Assembly (NCBI GenBank): GCA_043789005.1
Contig: JAYWIH010000029.1
Coordinates: 3,051-67,050, forward strand
Direction of reading: 5' to 3'
Source: Sphingobacteriales bacterium
Lineage (GTDB): Bacteria; Bacteroidota; Bacteroidia; Cytophagales; 172606-1
Length of the DNA stretch: 64,000 bases
The translations under genes and the position numbers were made by a program. This document shows positions 49,125-59,713 of this stretch, piece after piece (position 1 is the first letter of the stretch; every line of letters begins with the position of its first letter). The notes beneath the pieces were generated by a model, which did not search any database, was not told the DNA's origin, and was given only the letters and a program-made list of their open reading frames with translations.

Positions 49125-51074
49125 TTATGCGGGTTGCAAATGCTTTTCGGCCTCGTTGCGGAAAACCTCCACAAACTCCGCCAGCGAAAAGCTGCCCAAG
49201 TCGCCTTGGCCGTGGCGGCGCACCGATATTTTTTGTTCGTCCTGTTCCTTTTCGCCGACAATGAGCATGAACGGCACTTTCTGCACCTCGGCATCGCGGA
49301 TTTTCTTGCCGATTTTCTCGTCGCGGTTGTCCGTAAAACCCCGGATGTCGTGTTCCTGCAAGGCTGCAAAAACCTTCTGCGCGTAGTCGGTGTATTTTTC
49401 GGAAATCGGCAGCACGGCAATCTGGTCGGGCGAGAGCCAGAGCGGGAAGTTTCCGGCGCAATGTTCAATCAGCACGGCCACAAAGCGTTCCAGCGAGCCG
49501 AACGGCGCGCGGTGAATCATGACCGGGCGATGCTTCTGGTTGTCGGCCCCGATGTATTCCAGTTCAAAGCGTTCGGGCAGGTTGTAATCCACTTGGATTG
49601 TGCCCAACTGCCATTTGCGGCCCAGCGCGTCTTTAACCATGAAATCCAGTTTTGGTCCGTAAAAAGCCGCTTCGCCCAGTTCCTCCACCGTTTTCAGGCC
49701 CTTTTCAGCCGCCGCATTGCGGATGGCACTCTCGGCCTTGTCCCATTCCTCGTCCGTGCCGATGTATTTGGTTTTGTTTGCCGGGTCGCGCAGCGAAACC
49801 TGCGCCGTATAATCCTCGAAACTCAGCGATTTCAGCGTGTGCTGCACCAAGTCAATCACTTTTTTAAACTCATCCTCTACTTGGTCGGGGCGGCAGAAAA
49901 TGTGCGCGTCGTCTTGCGTGAAACCGCGCACCCGCGTCAGTCCGTGCAGCTCGCCACTTTGTTCGTAGCGGTAAACCGTGCCGAATTCGGCCAGGCGCAA
50001 CGGCAATTCCTTGTAGCTACGCGGCTTGGACTTGTAAATTTCGCAGTGGTGCGGGCAATTCATGGGTTTGAGCATGAATTCCTCACCTTCCTCGGGCGTG
50101 TGGATGGGCTGGAAACTGTCCTGACCGTACTTTTCCCAGTGGCCGGACGTGATGTACAGTTTTTTGCTGCCGATGTGCGGCGTAATCACCGGCGAGTAGC
50201 CCGCCTTTACTTGGGCGCGGCGCATGAAATTTTCCAGTCGTTCGCGCAGCAACGCGCCTTTGGGCAGCCACAACGGCAGGCCCGCGCCCACTTTTTCCGA
50301 AAACGTGAACAGTTCCAGTTCGCGCCCCAGCTTGCGGTGGTCGCGCTTTTTGGCTTCTTCGAGCAAGTGCAGGTATTCATCCAATTCCTTTTGTTTCGGA
50401 AAGGTAACGGCATACACGCGGGTCAGTTGCTTGCGGTCGGTCTGGCCCAGCCAGTACGCCCCGGCCACGTTCATCAGCTTGACGGCCTTGATGAAACCGG
50501 TGTTCGGGATGTGCGGCCCGCGGCACAAATCCGTGAAATTGCCTTGCGTATAGAAAGTGATCGTGCCGTCTTCGAGCCGGTCCAGCAGTTCCAGTTTGTA
50601 TTCGTCGCCTTTCTCTTGGAAATACGCAACCGCCTCTGGTTTGCTGACCGCGCGGCGTTGGAAGGTTTCCTTCTGGCGCGCCAATTCCATCACCTTGTCT
50701 TCGATGCGCTTGAAATCCTCCTGCGCCAAGTGCTTGTCGCCGAGGTCTATATCGTAATAAAAGCCGTTTTCAATGGCCGGGCCGATGCCGAATTTTGTGC
50801 CCGGATACAACGCTTCGATAGCTTCGGCCAGCAAGTGCGCCGACGAATGCCAGAACGTGGCCTTGCCGTCGGCATCGTTCCACGTTAGCAATTGTACTGA
50901 AGCATCTTGGTCAATGGGCCGGGAAGTATCCCAGACTTCACCGTTCACTTTGGCAGCCAGCACGTTACGCGCCAAGCCTTCGGAGATGGACAAGGCAACG
51001 TCCATGCTGGTTGCGCCTTTGGGAAACGCACGGATGCTTCCGTCGGGCAGGGTAATGTTCATTTGGTCAGACAT
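49125..51074 (-). CDS. thrS: Threonine--tRNA ligase
   Basis: [44 protein letters not shown] and AFYGPKLDF. Confidence 0.98.
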   Translation of the reverse strand: MSDQMNITLPDGSIRAFPKGATSMDVALSISEGLARNVLAAKVNGEVWDTSRPIDQDASVQLLTWNDADGKATFWHSSAHLLAEAIEALYPGTKFGIGPAIENGFYYDIDLGDKHLAQEDFKRIEDKVMELARQKETFQRRAVSKPEAVAYFQEKGDEYKLELLDRLEDGTITFYTQGNFTDLCRGPHIPNTGFIKAVKLMNVAGAYWLGQTDRKQLTRVYAVTFPKQKELDEYLHLLEEAKKRDHRKLGRELELFTFSEKVGAGLPLWLPKGALLRERLENFMRRAQVKAGYSPVITPHIGSKKLYITSGHWEKYGQDSFQPIHTPEEGEEFMLKPMNCPHHCEIYKSKPRSYKELPLRLAEFGTVYRYEQSGELHGLTRVRGFTQDDAHIFCRPDQVEDEFKKVIDLVQHTLKSLSFEDYTAQVSLRDPANKTKYIGTDEEWDKAESAIRNAAAEKGLKTVEELGEAAFYGPKLDFMVKDALGRKWQLGTIQVDYNLPERFELEYIGADNQKHRPVMIHRAPFGSLERFVAVLIEHCAGNFPLWLSPDQIAVLPISEKYTDYAQKVFAALQEHDIRGFTDNRDEKIGKKIRDAEVQKVPFMLIVGEKEQDEQKISVRRHGQGDLGSFSLAEFVEVFRNEAEKHLQPA

Positions 51075-51089
51075 GATAAAGGTGTTTGC

Positions 51090-51111
51090 GGCTCACGCAC
51101 GAATGTGAGCC
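51090..51111 (-). promoter_or_regulatory. thrS leader hairpin with Thr-anticodon-like loop
   Basis: mRNA reads GGCUCAC-AUUCGUGC-GUGAGCC and ends 15 nt before the AUG; a TACCTTTG promoter element lies at 51130-51137 (-). Confidence 0.5.
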
Positions 51112-51211
51112 CGGTGGAAAACAAAAACACAAAGGTAGGGGTTTTGGCTTTTGAAAAGATACTATTTTGGAAAGCCGGATTTATCGTATTTTTGTGGAAA
51201 CGACCGAATCT

Positions 51212-51517
51212 ATGGAACTCAGGATGCCCGTCAGCTTTGATCAGGTGCTGGAACTTGTCAGCCGGCTTGAATTGACTAAAAAACAGCGGATGCAATTGGT
51301 GGAGGTGATTCGGGAAAAGGCAAAACCCGAAACCAAAGCACTCACCGCGCACCAAAAGGAATTCGTGGACGACATGAGGCAAGCCTTGCGTGAGGTGGAA
51401 CTGCACCAGCAAGGGAAACTGAAACTGCAGTCCTTGGAAGAATTCATGAACGAGTTTGAAGTTGAACACCGTGAATACTGGCGCGAGAAAGACAAAAAAA
51501 CCGCCGGTAAGGGATGA
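51212..51517 (+). CDS. Putative antitoxin
   Basis: Small ORF overlapping the toxin start (ATGA); its C-terminal ALREVELHQQGKLKLQSLEEFMNE is typical of partners of RelE-like toxins. Confidence 0.7.
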   Translation: MELRMPVSFDQVLELVSRLELTKKQRMQLVEVIREKAKPETKALTAHQKEFVDDMRQALREVELHQQGKLKLQSLEEFMNEFEVEHREYWREKDKKTAGKG

Positions 51518-51840
51518 ACATAATCCTCGTGGAGCGTTGCCGGAAAAACATCAAAAAACTTGGCAGGAAATACCGCTCGATAAATGCTGACATTTCGGAT
51601 TTGTTGAAATCCCTGCAATCAAACCCTACGCAAGGCACTGCCTTGGGGCGCGACTGCTACAAGGTTCGCCTGAAAATCACTTCCAAAAGCCGGGGAAAAT
51701 CCGGCGGGGCGCGGGTGATCACCTGCGTCAAAATCGTTGGCGAAACCATTTACCTGCTCACCATTTACGACAAGTCGGAAACCGAAAGCCTGACTGACGG
51801 CCAATTGGCCGGATTGCTTGAGGAAGCCGGACTTGACTGA
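51514..51840 (+). CDS. RelE/ParE-superfamily toxin (HigB-2-like)
   Basis: CYKVRLKITSKSRGKSGGARVI and YLLTIYDKSE. Confidence 0.88.
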   Translation: MNIILVERCRKNIKKLGRKYRSINADISDLLKSLQSNPTQGTALGRDCYKVRLKITSKSRGKSGGARVITCVKIVGETIYLLTIYDKSETESLTDGQLAGLLEEAGLD

Positions 51841-52014
51841 ACCAAGCCGGCGGGTTTCACGCTTTCAAAACATACTATTTTCCACTGGCATCCGCAACCA
51901 CGGCTTTTGCGCCTTGCGCCAGATTATCCTATATTTGACCGGTTTTTTCGGCTTCTTTCTTAACCTTGCAACGAACATAATCTTACAATTTATTTCTTCC
52001 AAAACCATTGTCAC

Positions 52015-53271
52015 GTGGATATTTTTGAAAAACGCATCGCAAATCCGGGCAACATCGGGCGGCACTCCGACAATTCGCACGGCTATTTTACTTTTCCCAA
52101 ACTGGAAGGCGAAATAGGGCCGCACATGAAGTTTCGGGGCAAAACGCTGCTCAACTGGAGCCTGAACAACTATCTGGGCTTGGCCAACCACCCCGAAGTA
52201 CGCCGCGCCGATGCGGATGCCGCCGCCCAATACGGGCTGGCATTGCCGATGGGGGCGCGGATGATGTCGGGCAACAGCGACCTGCACGAGCAACTGGAAC
52301 GCGAATTGGCGACGTTTGTGGGCAAGGAGGATTCCATCCTGCTCAATTACGGCTACCAAGGCATAATGTCGGTGATTGATGCGCTGGTGGACCGCCACGA
52401 CATCATCGTGTACGATGCCGAATCACACGCGTGCATCATTGACGGCTTGCGGATGCACTTGGGCCAAACGTACAAGTACGTGCACAACAACATGGAAAGC
52501 CTGGAGAAAAACCTGCAACGCGCCGAACGCAAACTGCAGGAAATGGGCGGGCAGGGCGGCATACTGGTCATTACCGAAGGCGTGTTCGGCATGACCGGCG
52601 CGATGGGCAAAGTGAAGGAAGTGTGCCAATTGAAGGGAAAGTACGCGTTTCGGCTGCTCGTGGATGATGCGCACGGCTTCGGCACGATGGGAGCCACCGG
52701 TGCGGGCGTAGGCGAGGCGCAAGGCGTTCAGGATCAGATAGACCTGTATTTTTCCACATTTGCCAAATCCATGGCGGGCTTCGGCGCGTTTGTGGCGGGC
52801 GACCGGAAAATGATGATGTTTTTGCGTTACAACCTGCGTTCGCAGATTTTCGCCAAGTCGCTGCCGATGGCCATGGTGGTGGGCATATTGAGGCGCATGG
52901 AACTGCTGCGCACCCAGCCCGAACTGCGCGAAAACCTCTGGAAAGTCGTGGATGCGCTGCAAAACGGCCTGCGCGAACACGGCTATAATATCGGCACCAC
53001 CGAATCGCCGGTTACGCCGGTGCTGCTCAACGGCACCATTCCCGAATCGCAGAACATGGTGATTGACCTGCGCGAAAACCACGGCGTTTTCTGCTCGGTG
53101 GTGGTCTATCCGGTTGTTCCCAAAGACATGATCCTGTTGCGCCTGATTCCGACGGCGGCACATACGCTGGCCGATGTGGAACGGACACTGGTTGCCTTCG
53201 ACAATGTTTCCGAAAAACTCCGTTCGGGTGTGTATGCCTCCGCCGAAGTGCCGATGATGGCAAGCATCTGA
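52015..53271 (+). CDS. PLP-dependent alpha-oxoamine synthase, probably cysteate acyl-transferase (SulA/CapB type)
   Basis: NNYLGLANHP, HACIIDG, TEGVFGM, VDDAHGFG, PLP-Lys in STFAKSMAG, plus HGYFTFPKLEGEIGPHM and RSQIFAKSLP. The subfamily call is from recall. Confidence 0.8.
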   Translation: MDIFEKRIANPGNIGRHSDNSHGYFTFPKLEGEIGPHMKFRGKTLLNWSLNNYLGLANHPEVRRADADAAAQYGLALPMGARMMSGNSDLHEQLERELATFVGKEDSILLNYGYQGIMSVIDALVDRHDIIVYDAESHACIIDGLRMHLGQTYKYVHNNMESLEKNLQRAERKLQEMGGQGGILVITEGVFGMTGAMGKVKEVCQLKGKYAFRLLVDDAHGFGTMGATGAGVGEAQGVQDQIDLYFSTFAKSMAGFGAFVAGDRKMMMFLRYNLRSQIFAKSLPMAMVVGILRRMELLRTQPELRENLWKVVDALQNGLREHGYNIGTTESPVTPVLLNGTIPESQNMVIDLRENHGVFCSVVVYPVVPKDMILLRLIPTAAHTLADVERTLVAFDNVSEKLRSGVYASAEVPMMASI

Positions 53272-53439
53272 ACACTCGGGGCAGGTTCCAAACCCGAGAT
53301 TTCGAATTGAAAATGGGTAAATACTTCGTTTTTTCTCAAAAAAGCCCCTTTTTTAGCGCAAAAATTTGACCGCAATATTTTAATCCGTATTTTCGGGCGT
53401 TAGAAAAATACATTTATACACCTAAAATTCATAGTCGAA

Positions 53440-53664
53440 ATGGAAAGATTTGAGCAAATCAGGGATCTCGTCATGTCATTGGAAGGCGATTTTGATAAGT
53501 TCTATGACAAGAAAAACCAAGCTGCCGGAACACGCGTCAGAAAAGGAATGCAGGACTTGAAAACCTTGGCCCAAGAAATCCGGTCGGAAGTGCAGAACCA
53601 GAAAAACACTGAAAAAGCACCCGCCGCCCCCGCTCCCAAAGCGAAGGCCAAAGCAAAAAAGTAA
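53440..53664 (+). CDS. Histone H1-like (Hc1-like) small basic protein
   Basis: DFDKFYDKKNQAAGTRVRKGMQDLK with a Lys/Ala/Pro-rich tail APKAKAKAKK. Confidence 0.85.
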   Translation: MERFEQIRDLVMSLEGDFDKFYDKKNQAAGTRVRKGMQDLKTLAQEIRSEVQNQKNTEKAPAAPAPKAKAKAKK

Positions 53665-53674
53665 TTGTTCCGGA

Positions 53675-53720
53675 AAAACGAGAAAGGTGTTTTGCTCACG
53701 CGAAACACCTTTCTCGTTTT
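53675..53720. terminator. Bidirectional intrinsic terminator
   Basis: AAAACGAGAAAGGTGTTT...AAACACCTTTCTCGTTTT between convergent genes. Confidence 0.8.
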
Positions 53721-53861
53721 CGGGGCAATTCTTCGGACAGGATTTGGTTAAAAGATGTTTTGCGTAAAAAATAGTATGTTTTAAAAGTGCCAAACCCTTG
53801 ACTGTCTGTTAGATAGCCTTGGCAGTCCGTTTGTTTTCAATGCGCGGATTGGTTGTGTTTG

Positions 53862-54755
53862 TCAAGCCAAAGCGGTTGCGTTCATGGCGGCAATGGCTTG
53901 GCGTATGCGGCTGGAAAGTGCGTCGGAGGCCGGCAAAAGCGGCAGGCGCACCGCATCACCGCAAATGCCCAAGGCTTGCAGCGCACTTTTCACGCCTACC
54001 GGGTTGCCTTCCTCATACATCAGCCGGTTAATGGGCGAGAGTTGGAACAAGTGCGTGGCCGCCGCTTCGTGGTCTCCCGCCAAGGACGCATTGACCATGC
54101 GCGTGAACGGTTGCGGAAAGGCATTGGCCAGCACAGAAATCACGCCTTTCGCGCCAAAAGTGGTCATGGGCAGCATCAGCATATCATCACCTGCCAGAAA
54201 CAGGAAATCGTTTGGTTTGTCGCGGGCAATGTCAATGCCCTGCATCATGTCGCCGGAGGCTTCCTTGACACCGATAATGTTGGGGTGCCGGGCCAATGCC
54301 AGCGTCGAATCGGCATTAAGGTTGGCGGCCGTGCGGCCAGGAACGTTGTATAAAATCAACGGAACCGGGCACGCATCGGCCAAGGCTTCGTAGTGCGCCA
54401 CCAATCCGGCTTGCGTGGGTTTGTTGTAATACGGGCTGACGGACAGCACCGCGTCCACACCCGAAAAATCGGTTTCCTGCACGTTTTCCAGCAGTTCGGC
54501 CGTTGCATTGCCGCCCGCCCCGTACACAATTGGCAACCGGCCATTGTTGAATTGTTTCACAAATTGTAGTATTTCACGGCGTTCGGCTTTGGTCACCGTC
54601 GGCGCTTCACCGGTGGTTCCCATCACCACCAGATAATCCACGCCGCCCGCCGTCACGTGTTCGAGCAGCCGCTCCAAGGCCGGATAGTCAACCGAAAAAT
54701 CGGCATGGAATGGCGTGGCCAACGCCACGCCCGTACCGAAAAATTTAGTGTGCAT
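53862..54755 (-). CDS. dapA: 4-hydroxy-tetrahydrodipicolinate synthase
   Basis: GTTGE, SPYYNKPTQ, LYNVPGRT, GVKEASG and EGNPVGVK. Confidence 0.95.
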   Translation of the reverse strand: MHTKFFGTGVALATPFHADFSVDYPALERLLEHVTAGGVDYLVVMGTTGEAPTVTKAERREILQFVKQFNNGRLPIVYGAGGNATAELLENVQETDFSGVDAVLSVSPYYNKPTQAGLVAHYEALADACPVPLILYNVPGRTAANLNADSTLALARHPNIIGVKEASGDMMQGIDIARDKPNDFLFLAGDDMLMLPMTTFGAKGVISVLANAFPQPFTRMVNASLAGDHEAAATHLFQLSPINRLMYEEGNPVGVKSALQALGICGDAVRLPLLPASDALSSRIRQAIAAMNATALA

Positions 54756-55284
54756 AAATGCTTGAACTGAGTTTATTCGTGTATTCGTACAATTTCTCCA
54801 ACGGATTTTGCCCCGCGCCGCCCTCTTGGACTTCAAACATGAAATCAAGTGTATCCTCTTTTTCGGGTTGGTGGAAACCGATGCGGAATTTGGCGTGGCA
54901 TTGCAGCAAGATATGGTCGAAGGGCGGAAAATCGTGCCGACTCAGGCAGAACAAGTAGTCGAACGGGAAATCCATGAACTGGCTCACTTTCTCATTACGG
55001 ATTTCGCCCCACACAGAAATATCCTTTTTTGTGAAATAATCTAATTTGAATTGGTAGGCGTGGCTGTGCAGATGCTCGAAATAGGTCATTGCCCGCACCC
55101 GTTTGCCGTCTTTCATGAGCTTTTCCACGAACCGGTTCAGGTCAGGCTGGTGGTTTTCGTCTTCCCAAAACAGAACGCCCACGTCTTTTGCTGCCGCATA
55201 CGATACCATTACCGACTCCCGCACGGGTTGTTTGCGCCGCCAGCGGTTGTATTTCTGTTGCAGGAAATAATCGGAAAGTCGCAT
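54745..55284 (-). CDS. Conserved hypothetical protein upstream of dapA (DUF6913-like)
   Basis: KKDISVWG, FDYLF and AKFRIG; overlaps the dapA start. Confidence 0.7.
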   Translation of the reverse strand: MRLSDYFLQQKYNRWRRKQPVRESVMVSYAAAKDVGVLFWEDENHQPDLNRFVEKLMKDGKRVRAMTYFEHLHSHAYQFKLDYFTKKDISVWGEIRNEKVSQFMDFPFDYLFCLSRHDFPPFDHILLQCHAKFRIGFHQPEKEDTLDFMFEVQEGGAGQNPLEKLYEYTNKLSSSIYAH

Positions 55285-55578
55285 CGGATGAATCGCCGGA
55301 ATAGTGTATTCCAAAATAGTATGGTTGAAAAAGCCCAAACCTGCTTGGTTCGTTTGGCAAGCGCAAATTGCGCCATTTCGCCGGAAAACCAACCGAAACA
55401 GCACCAATACTGACAAAGGTAACATTTTGCCAAGAGATTTTCCCTTCCCTCATCCGGCCAAAAACATCCGTGTCCGAAAGATGTATTGTTTTGCGGCATA
55501 ACACCGGATTCGGATTGCGCGCAATCCGTTATATTGTCACGATTTTAACGCCGGAAGTTTTCTATACCGTCCATCGCC

Positions 55579-57336
55579 ATGACAATCAGGGTTTTGCTCT
55601 TTTTTCTGATATTGTTTTCCACGGTTCACGCCCAAAACAAGCCTTCACAAAAGGCATACAAGAAAGCCATTGCCCAGTTCAACAAAGGCAGTTTGGAAGA
55701 AGGATTTGTGTACCTGAAAAAATCGCTGCAAGCCGACTCGACAAACAAGAAAGCCCTGTACGCGGCCGGATACTACCAGTTTCAGGCACAACGCTACGAC
55801 ACCGCGCGGCAGGCGTTTGACAAACTGATCCGGCTTTATCCCAAGGACACCACTTTTTACCATTACCGGGCGTTAACGCACTTGTACACGGGCAATTACG
55901 GCGCGGCGGAAACCGATTTGCGGCAAGCCCTCGCATTGGATGCCACCAACGAAACGGCTTGGAACGACTTGGGATACGTGTATTACCAATGGCAGAAGCC
56001 CGCCGAAGCCGCCGCCGCCTTGGAAAAATCGCTCTCGATCCGTCCCAGCCGCACGGCTTGGTACTACAAGGCATTGCTGGCTTATGATGCGAACGACCGG
56101 AAACAAGCCGCTGAAAACCTGCAAAAGTCGCTGCAACTGGACCCGCAATATGCCAATGCCCTGCGCCTGAAAGCAAACCTGCTGGCTGAAGACCGGAAAT
56201 ATGCCGAAGCCGCCGGAATCTACGAGGGACTGCTCAAAAGCGGCGATATTGAGGACAATGACTTTGCCGATTGGGGAATGCTCTATTATTGGCAGAAAAA
56301 ATACGACGACGCGCTGCATTATTTCTCCATGCCTGAAAACGCCGACGACCCCAACCTGCAATACTACACCGGGCTGGCGCAATTCCGGCTGAAAAAATAC
56401 GCCGAAGCCCACCAAACCATCAGCCAGGCAACGCGGCAATTGGACAGTCTGGACGAAGAAAACGCCCCGGTTTTTTATGACCGCGCCATCGTCAGGTTCC
56501 AAGCCAACGACCGGCCCGGTGCCCTGCGCGACTTTTTCCGGGCGGTGTACCTGCTGCCCGAAATAACGCGGCAACGCAACCAAGCCGGCGATACGCTGGA
56601 CTTGCTGGGCAATGCCGCGCTGCTGCTGAACCGGCTGCACACGCCGCGCCAACTGGACAGTGCGCGTGCGGCGGGCTACCAGAACCGCGTGGCCGCCCTG
56701 CTTGCCGAAGACCTTGCCGATGCCCGCACGCTGGATTTTGCCAGCCAGGCGGTGAAACTGGACACGGCCAATGCGGAATCTTACTTTCTCCGCAGCCAGG
56801 TTTTGTATGCCCAAGCCAATTACCGCGATGCCCTGCAAGACTTGGAAAAAGTGTTTGCGTTGAAAAAAAACAAGATTGGCAGCCACGAACATTATTGGCG
56901 GGCAATGGTTTACACTGCAATGGAAAAATACAGTGCCGCCCTGCCCGATTTTGACCGGGCCATCAGCATGGACGGCCAAAAACCTGCCTACCATGCCGAC
57001 CGTGCGCTGACTTTGGGTGTCTTGGGCAGATATGAGGATGCCTTACACGACATTAATCAAGCTATGAAATTGGAAGAGGAAACCGATAAAACCTACCTGA
57101 CGCTGATCCGGGCCAGCCTGCTGAACGATGCCGGGCAGTATGCCCAAGCCTTGGCCGACTGCGAAACCGTGCTTGCCCGCCAGCCGGTCAATGCGGTGGC
57201 CTACTGTACGCGGGGCTATGCGCACAAGGGATTAAACCACAATGCCCAAGCCATCGCCGATTTTGCCAAATCCCTCCAACTCAATCCTGATTTGGATGCC
57301 GCCCGCACCGGTCTGGACGAACTGACCGAACAGTAG
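55579..57336 (+). CDS. Tetratricopeptide repeat protein
   Basis: Signal peptide and multiple TPR units (A..D...A..L.P). Confidence 0.9.
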   Translation: MTIRVLLFFLILFSTVHAQNKPSQKAYKKAIAQFNKGSLEEGFVYLKKSLQADSTNKKALYAAGYYQFQAQRYDTARQAFDKLIRLYPKDTTFYHYRALTHLYTGNYGAAETDLRQALALDATNETAWNDLGYVYYQWQKPAEAAAALEKSLSIRPSRTAWYYKALLAYDANDRKQAAENLQKSLQLDPQYANALRLKANLLAEDRKYAEAAGIYEGLLKSGDIEDNDFADWGMLYYWQKKYDDALHYFSMPENADDPNLQYYTGLAQFRLKKYAEAHQTISQATRQLDSLDEENAPVFYDRAIVRFQANDRPGALRDFFRAVYLLPEITRQRNQAGDTLDLLGNAALLLNRLHTPRQLDSARAAGYQNRVAALLAEDLADARTLDFASQAVKLDTANAESYFLRSQVLYAQANYRDALQDLEKVFALKKNKIGSHEHYWRAMVYTAMEKYSAALPDFDRAISMDGQKPAYHADRALTLGVLGRYEDALHDINQAMKLEEETDKTYLTLIRASLLNDAGQYAQALADCETVLARQPVNAVAYCTRGYAHKGLNHNAQAIADFAKSLQLNPDLDAARTGLDELTEQ

Positions 57337-57546
57337 CGGTAAAGACGTGTCTGGCTGGCGCAGTTTTCCGTGGTTGTTTCCGCCCACGAATGCAAGTCTC
57401 GTGGGCGGAGTGTTTCAACGGGGAAACCGATTTTTCAGTCCAAGCCTTCCACCTGTCCGAATAAGCGGTATATTTGGCTGCCTTATCCTTCCCGGTATTC
57501 CCGAAAATCCCAACCCACTGTTCCATTTACGCTTTCCAGTCTTGCA

Positions 57547-58959
57547 ATGAACCGCTTTTTTTCCTTCCGGTGCCCCCTGAAAAATAGTATCTTTCCAAAA
57601 GGCCAAACCCCCGCCTTGCTGCTGCTTTTCTTGGTCACCACCGGATGTGTGGTGGCGCAGGAAACACTGACTTTGCCACAGGCCATTGAAATCGCGCTGC
57701 AAAACAACTATTCCATCCGGATTGTGAAAAACCAGCAGCAGGCCGCCGAAAACAACTACAACCGGGGCAATGCCGGTTTCCTGCCTTCACTGTCGGCGGG
57801 TGCGCAGACCAACAATAACTACAATGCCCTTTTCCGCCAGCAGCGGCAGGTTTCGCAGGCGGTGGTTGATCCGGTAACGAAAGACACGAGTTTCCGGGAA
57901 GTGACCCAGATAAACGAGTTCAATGGCCGCACCAACAACGGTTATTCGGCCAACGTAACGCTGAACTGGACGGTTTTTGACGGATTCGCCATGTTCACCA
58001 ACTACGAACGCCTGGCCGAAATCCGCGCTGCCGGACGTGAGAACACAGAGGTGACCATCGAGAACACGGTGGCAAACGTGACCAACGCCTATTTTGACAT
58101 CATCCAGCAGGAGCGGCGGCGCATTGTTTTTGAGGATGCCCTGAAAATATCGGAACAACGCCTGAAACTGGCCCGCAACCGCTACGAAGTGGGCAGTGGC
58201 TCGAAACAGGACTACCTGTCGGCGCAGGTGGACTACAATGCCGACCAATCGTCGCTGATCGGGCAGGAGCAGCAGATTGCCAACGCCAAAATCGCGCTAA
58301 ACCAATTGCTTGCCCGCCCGCCCGGAACCGACATCGCCGCCTCAGACACGATTATCGTCAATCCCGGCTTGAATTTGCCGGAGCTGCAATCCATTGTGGA
58401 AAAACAAAACCCCAGCTTGCTGGTGGCGCAACGCAACCGCAACATCGCCTACCTGGACACCAAAATACTGCGGGCCCAGCGGCTGCCGCAAGTGAACGTG
58501 TTCGGCGCGGTCACGCGTGCCTACCAAAACAGCCGCGCCTTTATTGTGCCCAACCTTACCAACAGCGCGGTGGTCAATTACGGTGCGTCGGTAAGTATCA
58601 ACGTTTTCAACGGCGGCATCCAGAACCGCTTTGTGCAGAATGCCCGGATTGCGCAGGAAACCGTTGGCTTCCAGTACGAAGACTTGCGGAACCAAGTGCT
58701 GGTTGGCTTGGAACTGGCTTTTGTGGCCTATGCCAACAACCTGAAACTCATTGAATTGGAACGCCAGAACCTGGCCGTGGCCCGCCAGAATGTGACCATC
58801 GCCCTGGAACGCTACAAGACTGGCGTGAGCACGCCGCTCGAAGTGCGCGACGTGCAGCGCAATGCCGTGGCCGCCGAAAGCCGCCTCATTGATGCCACCT
58901 ACAATGCCAAAGCCTCCGAAACCGAGCTGCTGCGTCTGAGCAGCCAGCTTGTGCAGTGA
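57547..58959 (+). CDS. TolC-family outer-membrane protein
   Basis: LTLPQAIEIALQNN, LNWTVFDGF, RYEVGSGS and ERYKTGVST. Confidence 0.9.
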   Translation: MNRFFSFRCPLKNSIFPKGQTPALLLLFLVTTGCVVAQETLTLPQAIEIALQNNYSIRIVKNQQQAAENNYNRGNAGFLPSLSAGAQTNNNYNALFRQQRQVSQAVVDPVTKDTSFREVTQINEFNGRTNNGYSANVTLNWTVFDGFAMFTNYERLAEIRAAGRENTEVTIENTVANVTNAYFDIIQQERRRIVFEDALKISEQRLKLARNRYEVGSGSKQDYLSAQVDYNADQSSLIGQEQQIANAKIALNQLLARPPGTDIAASDTIIVNPGLNLPELQSIVEKQNPSLLVAQRNRNIAYLDTKILRAQRLPQVNVFGAVTRAYQNSRAFIVPNLTNSAVVNYGASVSINVFNGGIQNRFVQNARIAQETVGFQYEDLRNQVLVGLELAFVAYANNLKLIELERQNLAVARQNVTIALERYKTGVSTPLEVRDVQRNAVAAESRLIDATYNAKASETELLRLSSQLVQ

Positions 58960-59121
58960 GGGCGTTTTTGGCAACGTAGTCGGACTTTTTAAGTCCGACA
59001 GCCCGGCGCGGGTTCAGGGTGGCGGGCGGGTTTGGCCTTTCCAAAAGATACTATTTCCGGCCCATGCGACCTGCCGGTTCCGCTGCCTTCAAATCCTTAT
59101 TTTCCAATCCAAAACCCAAAC

Positions 59122-59652
59122 ATGGTACGCATTATCGGCATTATTGTCATTGTTACTTTGGTCATCAGTTCGGCGGTGTACGCGTATCTGGGCGGTTTTT
59201 CGAAGCCCGCACTCTCGCAAACGCAACTGCCTGTGTACATCATTGCCGGGAAAGCCTACAAGGGCAAGGCCGATACCGACACGTTGCAGCGGATATTCAA
59301 CGAGACCAAACAATTGCACACCGACGGCAGGATTCGTGGCACATTGGCGGCGGTGTATTACCAGACGGACGATGAAAGCAAGGGCAATATTGAGGTGTGG
59401 GCGGGGGTTTTGGTCGGTGATTCATCGGTTGCCCTGCCGCCGGGTTACCTTTTCCGCGTTTTCCCATCAACCCCTGCCGTGCGAGCCCAGATAAAGGCGC
59501 ATTTTGCCGTAGCTCCCGCCCCCGACCAAGTGAAAAGCCAACTGCGCGATTTTGCCAAGGCGCAAAAGCTGAAACCGGGCGGGTTTGTGGTTGAAAAATA
59601 CCTCAATCCGCGCGAAATCACCATGGAAATGCCCGTAACCAAAATGCCCTGA
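59122..59652 (+). CDS. GyrI-like domain membrane-anchored protein
   Basis: N-terminal transmembrane segment with YAYLGGF; effector-binding-like fold ending VVEKY...EMPV. Confidence 0.65.
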   Translation: MVRIIGIIVIVTLVISSAVYAYLGGFSKPALSQTQLPVYIIAGKAYKGKADTDTLQRIFNETKQLHTDGRIRGTLAAVYYQTDDESKGNIEVWAGVLVGDSSVALPPGYLFRVFPSTPAVRAQIKAHFAVAPAPDQVKSQLRDFAKAQKLKPGGFVVEKYLNPREITMEMPVTKMP

Positions 59653-59713
59653 CCGGTTGCAGGGCGGCGGCAAAAACCATGCATTGGCAACCCAACCCTT
59701 AAACGAAACGCAC

